DNA of 64,000 nucleotides from NCBI GenBank assembly GCA_039194325.1, contig JBCCWC010000007.1, positions 1-64,000 on the forward strand. Reading direction: 5' to 3'. Shown in pieces: positions 55,724 to 64,000 of the stretch. The stretch is from Myxococcota bacterium (lineage in GTDB: Bacteria; Myxococcota_A; Polyangia; Nannocystales; Nannocystaceae). The position numbers were made by a program, and so were the translations under genes. The notes under the pieces were generated by a model. That model had not been told where the DNA came from, made no database searches, and saw only the letters and a list, made by a program, of their open reading frames with translations. The number at the start of each line of letters is the position of its first letter. Position 1 is the stretch's first letter.

Positions 55724-57430
55724 CTAGAGCTCGACCACCCGACTCGGCTCGTCGTGCGTGTCGCGACCACGCCACAAGACGCCGAAGATCGTCGGCCAGT
55801 CTTCACTGTCGAGCTGTCGCTCGACACGCCGTTCGATCTCGCGCTCGAGTCGCTCGCGATGACGCTCGAGTCGCTCGCGATGACGCTCGGCTCGCTCGCG
55901 CGCTCGCTCGGCTCGCTGTACCGCCCGCTCTCGCGCCCGCTCGGCTCGCTCCAGTGCCCGCTCGCGCGCCCGCTCGTGATGATGCTCGAAGTCGTGGAGC
56001 AGGTCGCCCCACCACACGCTCCCCGACCAAGGGTGCGACCACAGGTGCGCCCAGGGGGGTGAGAGGTAGCCGAAGATCATCACGTCGGCGTGGTCGCGCT
56101 CGGGCGCCGGCGGAGGCAGCGGCGCCGGTCGGGGCGCCTGGACCTCGATCTCCACCGTCTCGTCGTCGGTCTGCAGGTAGACGCGCGAGCGGTCGTGACC
56201 GTCGTCGGAGCGATCCTCGACGATCACCGAGCGCAGGGCGAGCTCGGCGGGCTCGGCGGTGGCCACGATGCGCTCGGAGCCCGTGAACGCGCGGGCCTGG
56301 GTCACCCCGGGCACCGCCGCGATCAGCAGACCGAGACTTCCGAGCGCCAGGGCCACCCGCCCCGCCGGGTGCACACGGCCGCCACCGCGACGCTCGTGCA
56401 GCAGCCGGGTGATCCGACGAACGATGGGGGAGCCCCGCTCGGCCATCGTCACCGCGACGGGGGTCATCGGCGGACCGTCCTCGACCCAGCCCGCGACCTC
56501 GGCCAGGCACTTGGCCAAGTGCACGCCGGTGCCGGCCTGCTGCGCGGCCCAGTCGTCGCACTGGAACTCGGCCACCTCTTGGATCTTGCGCCGCGCAAGG
56601 TGATTGAGGGGCTGGAAGAAGAACACCGCCTCGATGACCGCCACCAGTACCATCCAGGAGGGATCGTGGCGAAGCAGGTGGGCCATCTCGTGGGCCAGCA
56701 TGTCCCGCTGCTGGGGCGGGCTCAGGCTGTCGACGGCCCGCTCGGGCAGGCAGATCTCCCGGCGGCCCAGGGCAATCGGCGAGCGTAGGTGCGACGAGGC
56801 GGTCAGCCGCGGACGCTTCTTCAGCCCCGCCTTGCCGCACAGATCGAGGAAGCTCTCGAGCACCGGATCCTCGATGACATCACGACGCCCCTCAAGCTGC
56901 TTGCGCAGGCGGAGCGCAGCCCACCCCAACCGACCCAGGGCCAGCGCCGCTCCCAAGCCCCAAAGGCCCAGCAGCACCCAGGGCCATGATGAAGACTGGG
57001 AGGGCCCGGCAGGGACCGGGGCCGCCACCGCCGACACCGATGCGGCTCGAGGTCGTCGCTGACGGACCGCGGTGATCTCCAGCTCTCCGGATCGATGACG
57101 CACGATCCGACGCTCGACCACCGGCCCGCGCGGCTGGGCCTCGGACACCGCCAAGTCGGAAGCGGGACCGGGAGCGGGAGCCGGCGTAGGCGCAGCAACC
57201 ACCGGCTCGGTACGCAGCGCCGACGGCATCGACAACGAGCCCCACACCGATGGCACCCCGACGACGGTGACCACGGTGGCGGTGGCCAGCGGACCCAACA
57301 GCGCCACCTTCCACAGGGCCTCGCGGGTCCCCAGCGAGAGCTTGGGGATCACGCTCGTCAGCAGCCAAACCGCAGCGATCAGCGCGGTGCTGTGCACCGC
57401 GTAGGTCAAGACCCACTCCATGATGTCCAC
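55724..57430 (-). CDS. BlaR1/MecR1-type M56 metallopeptidase with C-terminal coiled coil
   Basis: TM segments; LAHEMAHLLRHD zinc motif; FFFQPL; EFQCD; RERAER/RERLER repeats. Confidence 0.9.
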   Translation of the reverse strand: MDIMEWVLTYAVHSTALIAAVWLLTSVIPKLSLGTREALWKVALLGPLATATVVTVVGVPSVWGSLSMPSALRTEPVVAAPTPAPAPGPASDLAVSEAQPRGPVVERRIVRHRSGELEITAVRQRRPRAASVSAVAAPVPAGPSQSSSWPWVLLGLWGLGAALALGRLGWAALRLRKQLEGRRDVIEDPVLESFLDLCGKAGLKKRPRLTASSHLRSPIALGRREICLPERAVDSLSPPQQRDMLAHEMAHLLRHDPSWMVLVAVIEAVFFFQPLNHLARRKIQEVAEFQCDDWAAQQAGTGVHLAKCLAEVAGWVEDGPPMTPVAVTMAERGSPIVRRITRLLHERRGGGRVHPAGRVALALGSLGLLIAAVPGVTQARAFTGSERIVATAEPAELALRSVIVEDRSDDGHDRSRVYLQTDDETVEIEVQAPRPAPLPPPAPERDHADVMIFGYLSPPWAHLWSHPWSGSVWWGDLLHDFEHHHERARERALERAERARERAVQRAERARERAERHRERLERHRERLEREIERRVERQLDSEDWPTIFGVLWRGRDTHDEPSRVVEL

Positions 57431-57460
57431 TCCGAGGGTTGTTGGATTGCGAAGCGACGA

Positions 57461-57874
57461 CTAACCGCCGCCTTCGTCGTTCGATTCCCGAGCCGATTGT
57501 TGCTCCCGCTGGGCGATGAGGCGACGAACTTCCTCCAGGTCCTCTTCGCCCAGCCCCTGCCCGGCCGTCAGATGCGAGACCAGAGCATCGGGGTCACCGC
57601 CAAAGAAGAAATCGGTGAGCCGCGCGAGCATGCTGCGGCGGATCTCCTGCTCGGCCGCCCGCGCTCGATAGACGTACTGCCGGCCCCGTCGACGATGCGT
57701 CACCAGCCCGCGACGCTCCAGCCGCGTGAGCACGGTGGCCACGGTCGTGGGTGCCAACCCGTGACCCTGTTCGGCCAGCGCCCCCTTGACGTCTTGGGCG
57801 GTGGCCTCCCCGCGATCCCACAGCACCCGCATGAAGGCGAGCTGCTGATCGCTGAGCTGGATAGGACTGACCAC
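57461..57874 (-). CDS. BlaI/MecI/CopY family transcriptional repressor
   Basis: LSDQQLAFMRVLWDRGEATAQDV, LAPTTVATVLTRLERRGLV, GRQYVY, FFGG. Confidence 0.93.
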   Translation of the reverse strand: MVSPIQLSDQQLAFMRVLWDRGEATAQDVKGALAEQGHGLAPTTVATVLTRLERRGLVTHRRRGRQYVYRARAAEQEIRRSMLARLTDFFFGGDPDALVSHLTAGQGLGEEDLEEVRRLIAQREQQSARESNDEGGG

Positions 57875-57909
57875 GGCAGAGAAGGCCGGCGCAAAAGGCG
57901 AGCGTAGGA

Positions 57910-57950
57910 CTACAATTGTAGAACTACGCTCTTATTACTACAGTCGTAGT
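57910..57950. promoter_or_regulatory. two BlaI-type operator palindromes
   Basis: CTACAATTGTAG (57910-57921, perfect) and ACTACAGTCGTAGT (57937-57950) fit the TACA-NN-TGTA BlaI/MecI/CopY box, in an AT-rich patch upstream of the repressor gene. Confidence 0.8.
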
Positions 57951-58067
57951 CAAACCTCGTCAAGCCGAAATTCGAGCAGCGATCGTGGCGTGGGAGCGTC
58001 TTGGCCCCGCGACGGGAGCATGCGGGCTCACGCCGGATCTCGGGGGCAGTCGCGTAGCCTTGGGCGG

Positions 58068-59738
58068 GTGAGCAGCAGTCCGGAAGATCCCGCGCGGCTG
58101 CCCCGCGGCGTCGAGTGGGTCGCGCTGGGGCTGGTGGCGGTGGCGGTCCTGGTGCATGGCCTGCGACCGATCATCGATCTGGATCTGTGGTGGCACATGC
58201 GGCTGGGCGAGCTGCTGCTCGCCGGCGAGCCCGACACGAGCGTGGAGCCCTTCTCCCACACCCACGCGGGTGCTCCCTGGGGGTGGAAGGACTGGGGCAG
58301 CGCGGTCCTCTTTCACGGCCTTTGGCGGCTGGGTGGACCGGCCGCGATCATCGGGTTCAAGGCCCTGGCGTTCGGGGGCGTGGCGGCGCTTTTGTGGCAG
58401 CTGCTACGGGTCGAGCGGAGGATCCCTGCGGCCCTGGCCCTGCTCATGTGCGCGGTCACCCTCGGGGCGGCCGAGTTTCGCTTTACCGAGCGCGCATCGT
58501 CGATCTCGCTTGTGGTGCTGCTGGCGACCCTGGTGCTGATCGAGCGCGACCGCCGGGGCGCGGCAGGCCTGGGGTGGGTGATCCCGCTGACGATCCTCAA
58601 CGCCAACCTCCATCGAGCCGCGCTGTTGCTGCCGGTGGTGGTGGGGGCCTACGCCGCCGCCTGCTGGCTCGAGGCGCGCATGGGGCGAGACCGTGACTGG
58701 CGTCGCCCGGCCCTGGTCGCGGTGGGCACCGGGCTCGGCTGCCTGGTGACTCCATACGGGATCGCGATCGTCACCACCACGGTCGCGCTGATGGGTCAGC
58801 ACAGCCCGCTCATCACCGAGTGGGCGCCCGTCTCCGTCGCGCTCATCGAGGCGCTCACCCCGATGAGCTTCGCCGCGATCGGCCTGGGCGGGATCGGGGC
58901 GGCGCTGGGCCAGTGGAAGCGACGCCCCTGGGAGCCGTGGGATCTGACCCTGGTCGCGATGGCCTTTGGCCTCGGGCTCGGCTCGATGCGACACCTACCG
59001 GTGCTCGCCGTGCTGGTGGTCGGTCCCGCCGCCGGTGGCCTGGCCGTGCTCGGCCGCGCATGGACAGGGCGCCTGCGGGGGCTCATCGCGCTGGCGGCCG
59101 CGGCGGTGCTGTTGGCCTATACCTTCACCCGCCCGATCGCGCTGCCCGGCTCGGCCCTGGCCCCGGCCCACTTCCCCGAACGAGGCCTCGCGTTCGTGCG
59201 CTCGCTCCCCGACCAGCTGCGGCCCCGCGGCGCCCTGTTCAACGAGTTCGGCTACGGAGGCTTCCTCATCTTCCACCTGTGGCCCCGCCACCGGGTCTTC
59301 ATCGACGGGCGCACCGACCTGGTCTACCCGGCGTCGTTCGTCGAGCGCTACATCGAGTGCCTCCGCGACCCCCAGGCCCTGATGCGCGAGGCCGACGAGC
59401 GCGACCTCCAGTGGGCCTTGTTGGACAACGTGCCCCACGACCGCGGACGCCTGCACTTCGATCTCAATCCGGCGTGGACCCTGGTGCACGCCAGCCGGCG
59501 ATCGCTGGTCTATGTGCGCACCCAGGGGGCCAACGCCGCGCTGGCCCGGGCCCACGGCTACCGCCTGCTGCATGCCCACGACCTGCCGGGCAGCGTGCAG
59601 GCAGCCGCCGCCCGAGGCCACGGTGACGCCGCGCTGGCCGAGCTGCGCCGGATGGCCGAGGATGATCCCGACAATCCCTATCCCCTGGTCCTGTTGGCCC
59701 AGCTCGCGGCGGCCGCCAATGGATCGGCTCCACCGTAA
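58068..59738 (+). CDS. polytopic membrane protein, GT-C glycosyltransferase-like
   Basis: About 10 TM segments; DLDLWWHMRLGE, PFSHT, NANLH, ITEW, FNEFGYGGFL, VFIDGRTDLVY. Confidence 0.7.
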   Translation: MSSSPEDPARLPRGVEWVALGLVAVAVLVHGLRPIIDLDLWWHMRLGELLLAGEPDTSVEPFSHTHAGAPWGWKDWGSAVLFHGLWRLGGPAAIIGFKALAFGGVAALLWQLLRVERRIPAALALLMCAVTLGAAEFRFTERASSISLVVLLATLVLIERDRRGAAGLGWVIPLTILNANLHRAALLLPVVVGAYAAACWLEARMGRDRDWRRPALVAVGTGLGCLVTPYGIAIVTTTVALMGQHSPLITEWAPVSVALIEALTPMSFAAIGLGGIGAALGQWKRRPWEPWDLTLVAMAFGLGLGSMRHLPVLAVLVVGPAAGGLAVLGRAWTGRLRGLIALAAAAVLLAYTFTRPIALPGSALAPAHFPERGLAFVRSLPDQLRPRGALFNEFGYGGFLIFHLWPRHRVFIDGRTDLVYPASFVERYIECLRDPQALMREADERDLQWALLDNVPHDRGRLHFDLNPAWTLVHASRRSLVYVRTQGANAALARAHGYRLLHAHDLPGSVQAAAARGHGDAALAELRRMAEDDPDNPYPLVLLAQLAAAANGSAPP

Positions 59739-59787
59739 CGCTCGGGGTGACGCCAGGGGTGAGGCGGGATGCTCCGTCCCGAGCCCT

Positions 59788-59837
59788 CCGCCTTGTCCAG
59801 CCGCCTTGTCCAGCCGCCTTGTCCAGCCGCCTTGTCC
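59788..59837. repeat. 13-bp tandem repeat (CCGCCTTGTCCAG)x3.8
   Basis: Read directly; ends about 30 nt before the next ATG. Confidence 0.9.
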
Positions 59838-59866
59838 CCAGCCTCTTGCCCCATCGCGACTCGACC

Positions 59867-60364
59867 ATGAAGATCTTGTTTGCCCACGGCCTCGAGAGCG
59901 GCCCCATCGGCCGTAAGTCTCAGGCGCTGATCGACGCCGGCTACGATCTGCACGCGCCCGACTGCCGGGGGAAAGACCTCGCCCAGCGGGTCGCCGAGTT
60001 GCTCGATGCGATCGTCCAGATCGAGCCGCCCCCCCTGTTGGTGGGCTCGAGCTTCGGGGGAATCGCCGGGCTCGTGGCCGCGATCATGGCCGCCGATCGC
60101 GGGGTACTCATTCCCGGCCTGGTGCTCTGCGCCCCTGCACTCATGCGAAGACCACCGCCTGGGACGGTCGACGCGCTGCGCTGTCCGGCACCCACGGTCG
60201 TGATCCACGGCACGCGCGACGAGATCATCCCCATCGAGGTGAGCCGGGAGTTCGCGCGTGAGCACGGAGCCGAGTTGCGTGAGGTCGACGACGACCACCG
60301 ATTGGCCGGTTCTGGGCTCGATGCGATCATGGCGGCGGTCGCCGAGCGAGCCGATCCCTCCTGA
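59867..60364 (+). CDS. small alpha/beta hydrolase (YqiA/YcfP-like)
   Basis: FAHGLES, LVGSSFGG, LCAPA, IHGTRDEIIP, DDHRL. Confidence 0.88.
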   Translation: MKILFAHGLESGPIGRKSQALIDAGYDLHAPDCRGKDLAQRVAELLDAIVQIEPPPLLVGSSFGGIAGLVAAIMAADRGVLIPGLVLCAPALMRRPPPGTVDALRCPAPTVVIHGTRDEIIPIEVSREFAREHGAELREVDDDHRLAGSGLDAIMAAVAERADPS

Positions 60365-60830
60365 CGCGAGCCTGACGCGGGCGTGCTCCCATCGGATCGT
60401 GTCGGATCGTGGCCAACCCGGAGCGAATCCGAGCAAGCCGCATGGTCATGTTCGCTCGAACACCGTTCGTTACGAGTACGCGGCTGTCCCTCAATGGATC
60501 CGACGAGTCCACCGATCCCGCGACCGTCACCCGCCCATTCACGTGCATGCTCCTTCTAGAGCGTCGGCGCGCTTACCGACGAAACGATCCGAGAACCCAA
60601 AATTGAATCCGATCCCTCATACGTCAGGACCATCTCGGGACTCCTTTGATCCGGACCAGGTCACTATGGGAGACGGCCCGATCTGACGCGAAAACTTGGA
60701 GTTCACCCCGACAAATGCCCGCTAGGGACCGTGATCCTTACGGTTTCGAGTCGATACGTTCTCTGGGGGTTCAACAACACTTCTCTTCTCACTGCGCTAT
60801 GATGACGTGGCAACAGGGCTGGTGAATCCC

Positions 60831-61304
60831 ATGTCCACCACGATCGACATACGAGGGTATACCCTACATGTTCCGGAGCCGGGCTCGAACGTGGGCTGGG
60901 TGCGGGTGGGTGAGGTATTCATTCTGTTCGGTCGAGCCGGGAAGGCCCCCGAGGAACGAATGGACGCGGTGTTCGACGGACTGCGACAGCCCGGCGTCAA
61001 GACGGCGGTGGGAGCGTCGATCGGCTCGATCCAGCTGACGTCCGTGCAGCGCCGCGAGCTGTCCAAGTGCATCCAGGGCATGAACCTCGTGACGGTCAAC
61101 GATCACAACCCGATAGCCCGCGGCATCATCACGATGTTGGGCTGGTTCGGGCTGAAGATCAAAGCGATGCACTGGCATCAGATCGACGCCGCGGTAGATG
61201 CGATGGGGCCCGAGGAAGCCAGTGCCGAGGATCTCAAGCAGGTGGTCAAGGCGATCCAATCGTTCCTGAACGAAGAGCCCGCCGGACTCTCGGCGGCCTC
61301 TTGA
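60831..61304 (+). CDS. hypothetical protein (myxobacterial STAS/SEC14-like)
   Basis: LTSVQRRELS...PIARGIITMLGWF pattern; coding-like codon usage. Confidence 0.6.
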   Translation: MSTTIDIRGYTLHVPEPGSNVGWVRVGEVFILFGRAGKAPEERMDAVFDGLRQPGVKTAVGASIGSIQLTSVQRRELSKCIQGMNLVTVNDHNPIARGIITMLGWFGLKIKAMHWHQIDAAVDAMGPEEASAEDLKQVVKAIQSFLNEEPAGLSAAS

Positions 61305-61550
61305 GCTCAGGTTCGGTAGGGTCGCTATCGGCAGGCACATGCAATAGCTCGCGGTCACTCGAGCCAACCGTCGGTGCTCCTGCACCGGCTCGACGGTCGT
61401 AGTGGACCTCCGAAGGACCGAGTACTCGTTGCCCGCTCGGTCCCAGCGTACCTCCAGCCCACATATGGCGTTGTTTTGGCCCAAAAGAGCTCGTCGACGA
61501 GGAGCGCGGTAGCGCGCGGAACTGGGTAGAAGCGATACACTACTGCCCGC

Positions 61551-62909
61551 GTGACGATCCTGAAGACACCCGACCACGCCATCGTGCTGGGCGCCAGCAT
61601 GGCGGGCATGATGGCCGCCGCCGCCCTGGCTCGACACGCTCGGCAAGTCACCATCGTCGAGCGTGACCCACTCCCCGACACGATCAGCATCCGCAAGGGC
61701 GTGCCCCAGGGCTCACAGCCCCACCTGCTACTCGACCGGGGGCGACAAGCGATCGAAGGGCTGCTACCGGGCTTCTTCGACGAGATCCACGGGCACGGGG
61801 CCCGGCGGGTCGACTTTGGCCGCGAGCTTCGCTGGTACCACAACGACCGCTGGAAGGTCAGCTGTGACACCGGGTATACGCTCTCGCTGCAGACCCGACC
61901 GTTCTTGGAGTACCACGTACGCCGCGCCCTGCTGCGTCACCACCCCAACGTGACGATCCGAGCGCAATCGGAGGTCGTGCGACCGGTCGTGCAACACGAC
62001 CGGATCGAAGCGGTCGAGCTGCACGACCGCCACAAAGACACCACCGAGCTCGTCCCGTGCGAGCTGTTCGTCGACGCCTCGGGCCGAGGCGCGCGATCGA
62101 GGCGCTGGCTGGCCGAGCTCGACTACGGGCAAGCGCCCGAGGTCGGGGTGCGGATCGGCCTGGGCTACTCCACCCGTGCCTTCCGCCGCCCGACCAATGC
62201 ACCGTCGGATTGGCAGTGCTGCGTGATCTATGGCCGGCGTCCCTACCAGACGTGTCACGGGGCGCTGTTCAGCGTGGAGAACGACGGCTGGCTCTTCGGG
62301 TTCTTCGGCTACAACGGCCAGCATCCCCCCGCCGACCCCGAAGGTCTCGATACGTTCGCGCGGGGGCTCGCTCGCCCCGACCTCGCCGAGCTCATGCGCA
62401 CGGCCGAGCCGGTCTCCGACATCCGGCGCCATACCTTCCCGCGGCAGCGGTGGGTCCACTACCACCGACTCAACCGTCTCCCGGGCGGCTATGCGGTGGT
62501 CGGTGACGCCGTGTGTAGCTTCGATCCGATCTTCGGCCAGGGCATTACCATTGGGGCGGTCGAAGCCGAGTTGCTGACCCGGGCGCTCGATAGCCGGCGG
62601 GGCTTCGACTCGATGCGCTTTGCCCGAGCCTGCGCGCGCTTCATCACCATTCCCTGGCTACTGACTCGTATCGAGGCTTTCCGCTACCCCGAGGTCGAGG
62701 GCTCGCGCCCGATGGGCTTGCCGCTGCTCCACCCGATCCTCGATCGGGTCTTCGAGCGCAGCGCCACCGACCCCGAGGTCTACTGCGCGTTCCTCGACAT
62801 CATGCAGATGAACCGCAGCCCCCTGGCCCTGATGCGTCCATCGGTGCTCATGCGCCTGGCCCGGAGTAGTCGCGTGACCGTCGATCCCGAGCGGCCGCTG
62901 GTGATGTAG
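61551..62909 (+). CDS. FAD-dependent oxidoreductase/monooxygenase
   Basis: VLGASMAG, ERD, RKGVPQGSQPH, VDASGRG, GDAVCSFDPIFGQG. Confidence 0.88.
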   Translation: MTILKTPDHAIVLGASMAGMMAAAALARHARQVTIVERDPLPDTISIRKGVPQGSQPHLLLDRGRQAIEGLLPGFFDEIHGHGARRVDFGRELRWYHNDRWKVSCDTGYTLSLQTRPFLEYHVRRALLRHHPNVTIRAQSEVVRPVVQHDRIEAVELHDRHKDTTELVPCELFVDASGRGARSRRWLAELDYGQAPEVGVRIGLGYSTRAFRRPTNAPSDWQCCVIYGRRPYQTCHGALFSVENDGWLFGFFGYNGQHPPADPEGLDTFARGLARPDLAELMRTAEPVSDIRRHTFPRQRWVHYHRLNRLPGGYAVVGDAVCSFDPIFGQGITIGAVEAELLTRALDSRRGFDSMRFARACARFITIPWLLTRIEAFRYPEVEGSRPMGLPLLHPILDRVFERSATDPEVYCAFLDIMQMNRSPLALMRPSVLMRLARSSRVTVDPERPLVM

Positions 62910-63245
62910 AGCGCAAGCTCCGGCCGAAGCCCGGGCCACGAGCCGCCACGCGGAGCGCGAGGTCGCCGGAAGAACGCGGCGTTGCGCTCGGCGTCGTCGC
63001 GACCCACAGGTCGACCGGCTTGGTGGGCAATCGCGTCCTGTGGGCACTCGGGGACGCACATATCGGCGCCCCGTCGTCGAGCACGGCGAGCACGCTCGTC
63101 GCAATCAAAGCGATGCGTCCGCGGACTTGGAACGTGAAAGCTGAGCGATACGACGATGAGCGACGCCACCACCACCAAGCTGTTCATTCCCCCCTTGGTC
63201 CGGGGGGCAACACCCGTTGCCACCCCCCTGTCGCCGGTCTACGGC

Positions 63246-64000
63246 ATGAAGATCCTCTACGTGGCCAGAGCGCCTATCGATCTGGTCGAGGCCCATCGCC
63301 GCCACTACCGCCCCGCCGCCGCCGACGAGCGCTCCCAGTCCTCCTTGGTCGACCTGTTCGAGATGTGCGAGCGCCACGACATGAAGATGCACGTGATCTC
63401 CTCGCACCCCACGGCCCAGTACGCTCGCAAGGGACGCTTCGTGCTCGAGCACCGGCCCCGCACCATCACCCGCGGGCTGCGCTACTACGCCGACGACATC
63501 GCCTACGCGCGGCACATGGTCCGGCGAGCCCGGGAGCTCGAGGCCGACGCGGTCGTGGTGGAGTCGGGCACGGTGCACTTCTTCGCGATGTCCCTGCTCA
63601 AGATGGCCGGCTTCAAGGTCATCCCCCTCATCCATCACGCGCTGTGGGCCCCGGGGCACCCCCCCAAGAAGCTGGGGCGCCGGGCGCTGCGGTGGGCCAA
63701 CCGCCGCTTCTTTCGCAAGTCGGCCGACTCGGTGATCTGCGTGTCCCCGGCCTGCGCACGCCAGGTGCGGGCGGAGTCGGGCGACGACCGGCTGCCCGTC
63801 CATCAGATCCGTCTCCAGCTCGACCCGCAGGTGTTCGAGGAGATCGACGTCCCCCCGCCCCACCATCAATCGCCCTTCGGGGTGATCTTCACCGGCCGGG
63901 TCGAGTCCGAGAAGGGCGTGTTCGACATGGTCGAGATGATCGACGCCCTGGAGCACAAGTACCCCGGCCGCCTGCGCTGGACGATCCTGGGCGACGGCTC
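63246..64000 (+). CDS. glycosyltransferase family 4 (runs off the right end)
   Basis: Hand translation from ATG 63246: MKILYVA...ADSVICVSPAC...VIFTGRVESEKGVFDMVE...TILGDG, open to the window end. Confidence 0.85.
   Translation, partial: MKILYVARAPIDLVEAHRRHYRPAAADERSQSSLVDLFEMCERHDMKMHVISSHPTAQYARKGRFVLEHRPRTITRGLRYYADDIAYARHMVRRARELEADAVVVESGTVHFFAMSLLKMAGFKVIPLIHHALWAPGHPPKKLGRRALRWANRRFFRKSADSVICVSPACARQVRAESGDDRLPVHQIRLQLDPQVFEEIDVPPPHHQSPFGVIFTGRVESEKGVFDMVEMIDALEHKYPGRLRWTILGDG

Noticed and set aside
1..64000. tRNA, rRNA, transposase, integrase or prophage genes
   Set aside because: None recognised by eye; a tRNAscan/Rfam run would be needed to exclude small RNAs.

Overview
High-GC (roughly 70% by eye) bacterial chromosomal DNA. 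The gene repertoire points to a myxobacterium, probably Nannocystaceae-like (inference): three Ser/Thr kinases, FHA-domain signalling proteins, Cys-rich lipoproteins and a MYXO-CTERM-type protease. About 50 CDS are supportable, including rlmKL, an inositol monophosphatase, queC, an AmmeMemoRadiSam radical SAM enzyme, a BlaI/BlaR1 pair and several hydrolases. No rRNA, tRNA, CRISPR array or transposase was seen. The best candidate for an undescribed system is an accessory block at 23.5-29.0 kb. It holds a RadH/Rdc2-like flavin halogenase coupled to an ABM monooxygenase, a divergent DUF6875-like putative heme oxygenase/hydroxylase, and an AetF/JamD-like single-component flavin halogenase with a transmembrane insertion, and there is no PKS/NRPS in the window. 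A lower-GC ABC-ATPase plus TOPRIM-like pair (candidate anti-phage system) follows immediately. Other notable items are an sxtI-sxtJ-sxtK-sxtL-like carbamoylation cassette, an array of five 18-bp palindromes at 42-bp spacing, a perfect 18-bp inverted repeat bounded by CTAG, an enhancer-binding protein lacking GAFTGA, an in-frame TGA inside a DLRDPF repeat protein, and many unrelated short intergenic tandem repeats. All family assignments come from motif recognition and memory, not database searches.
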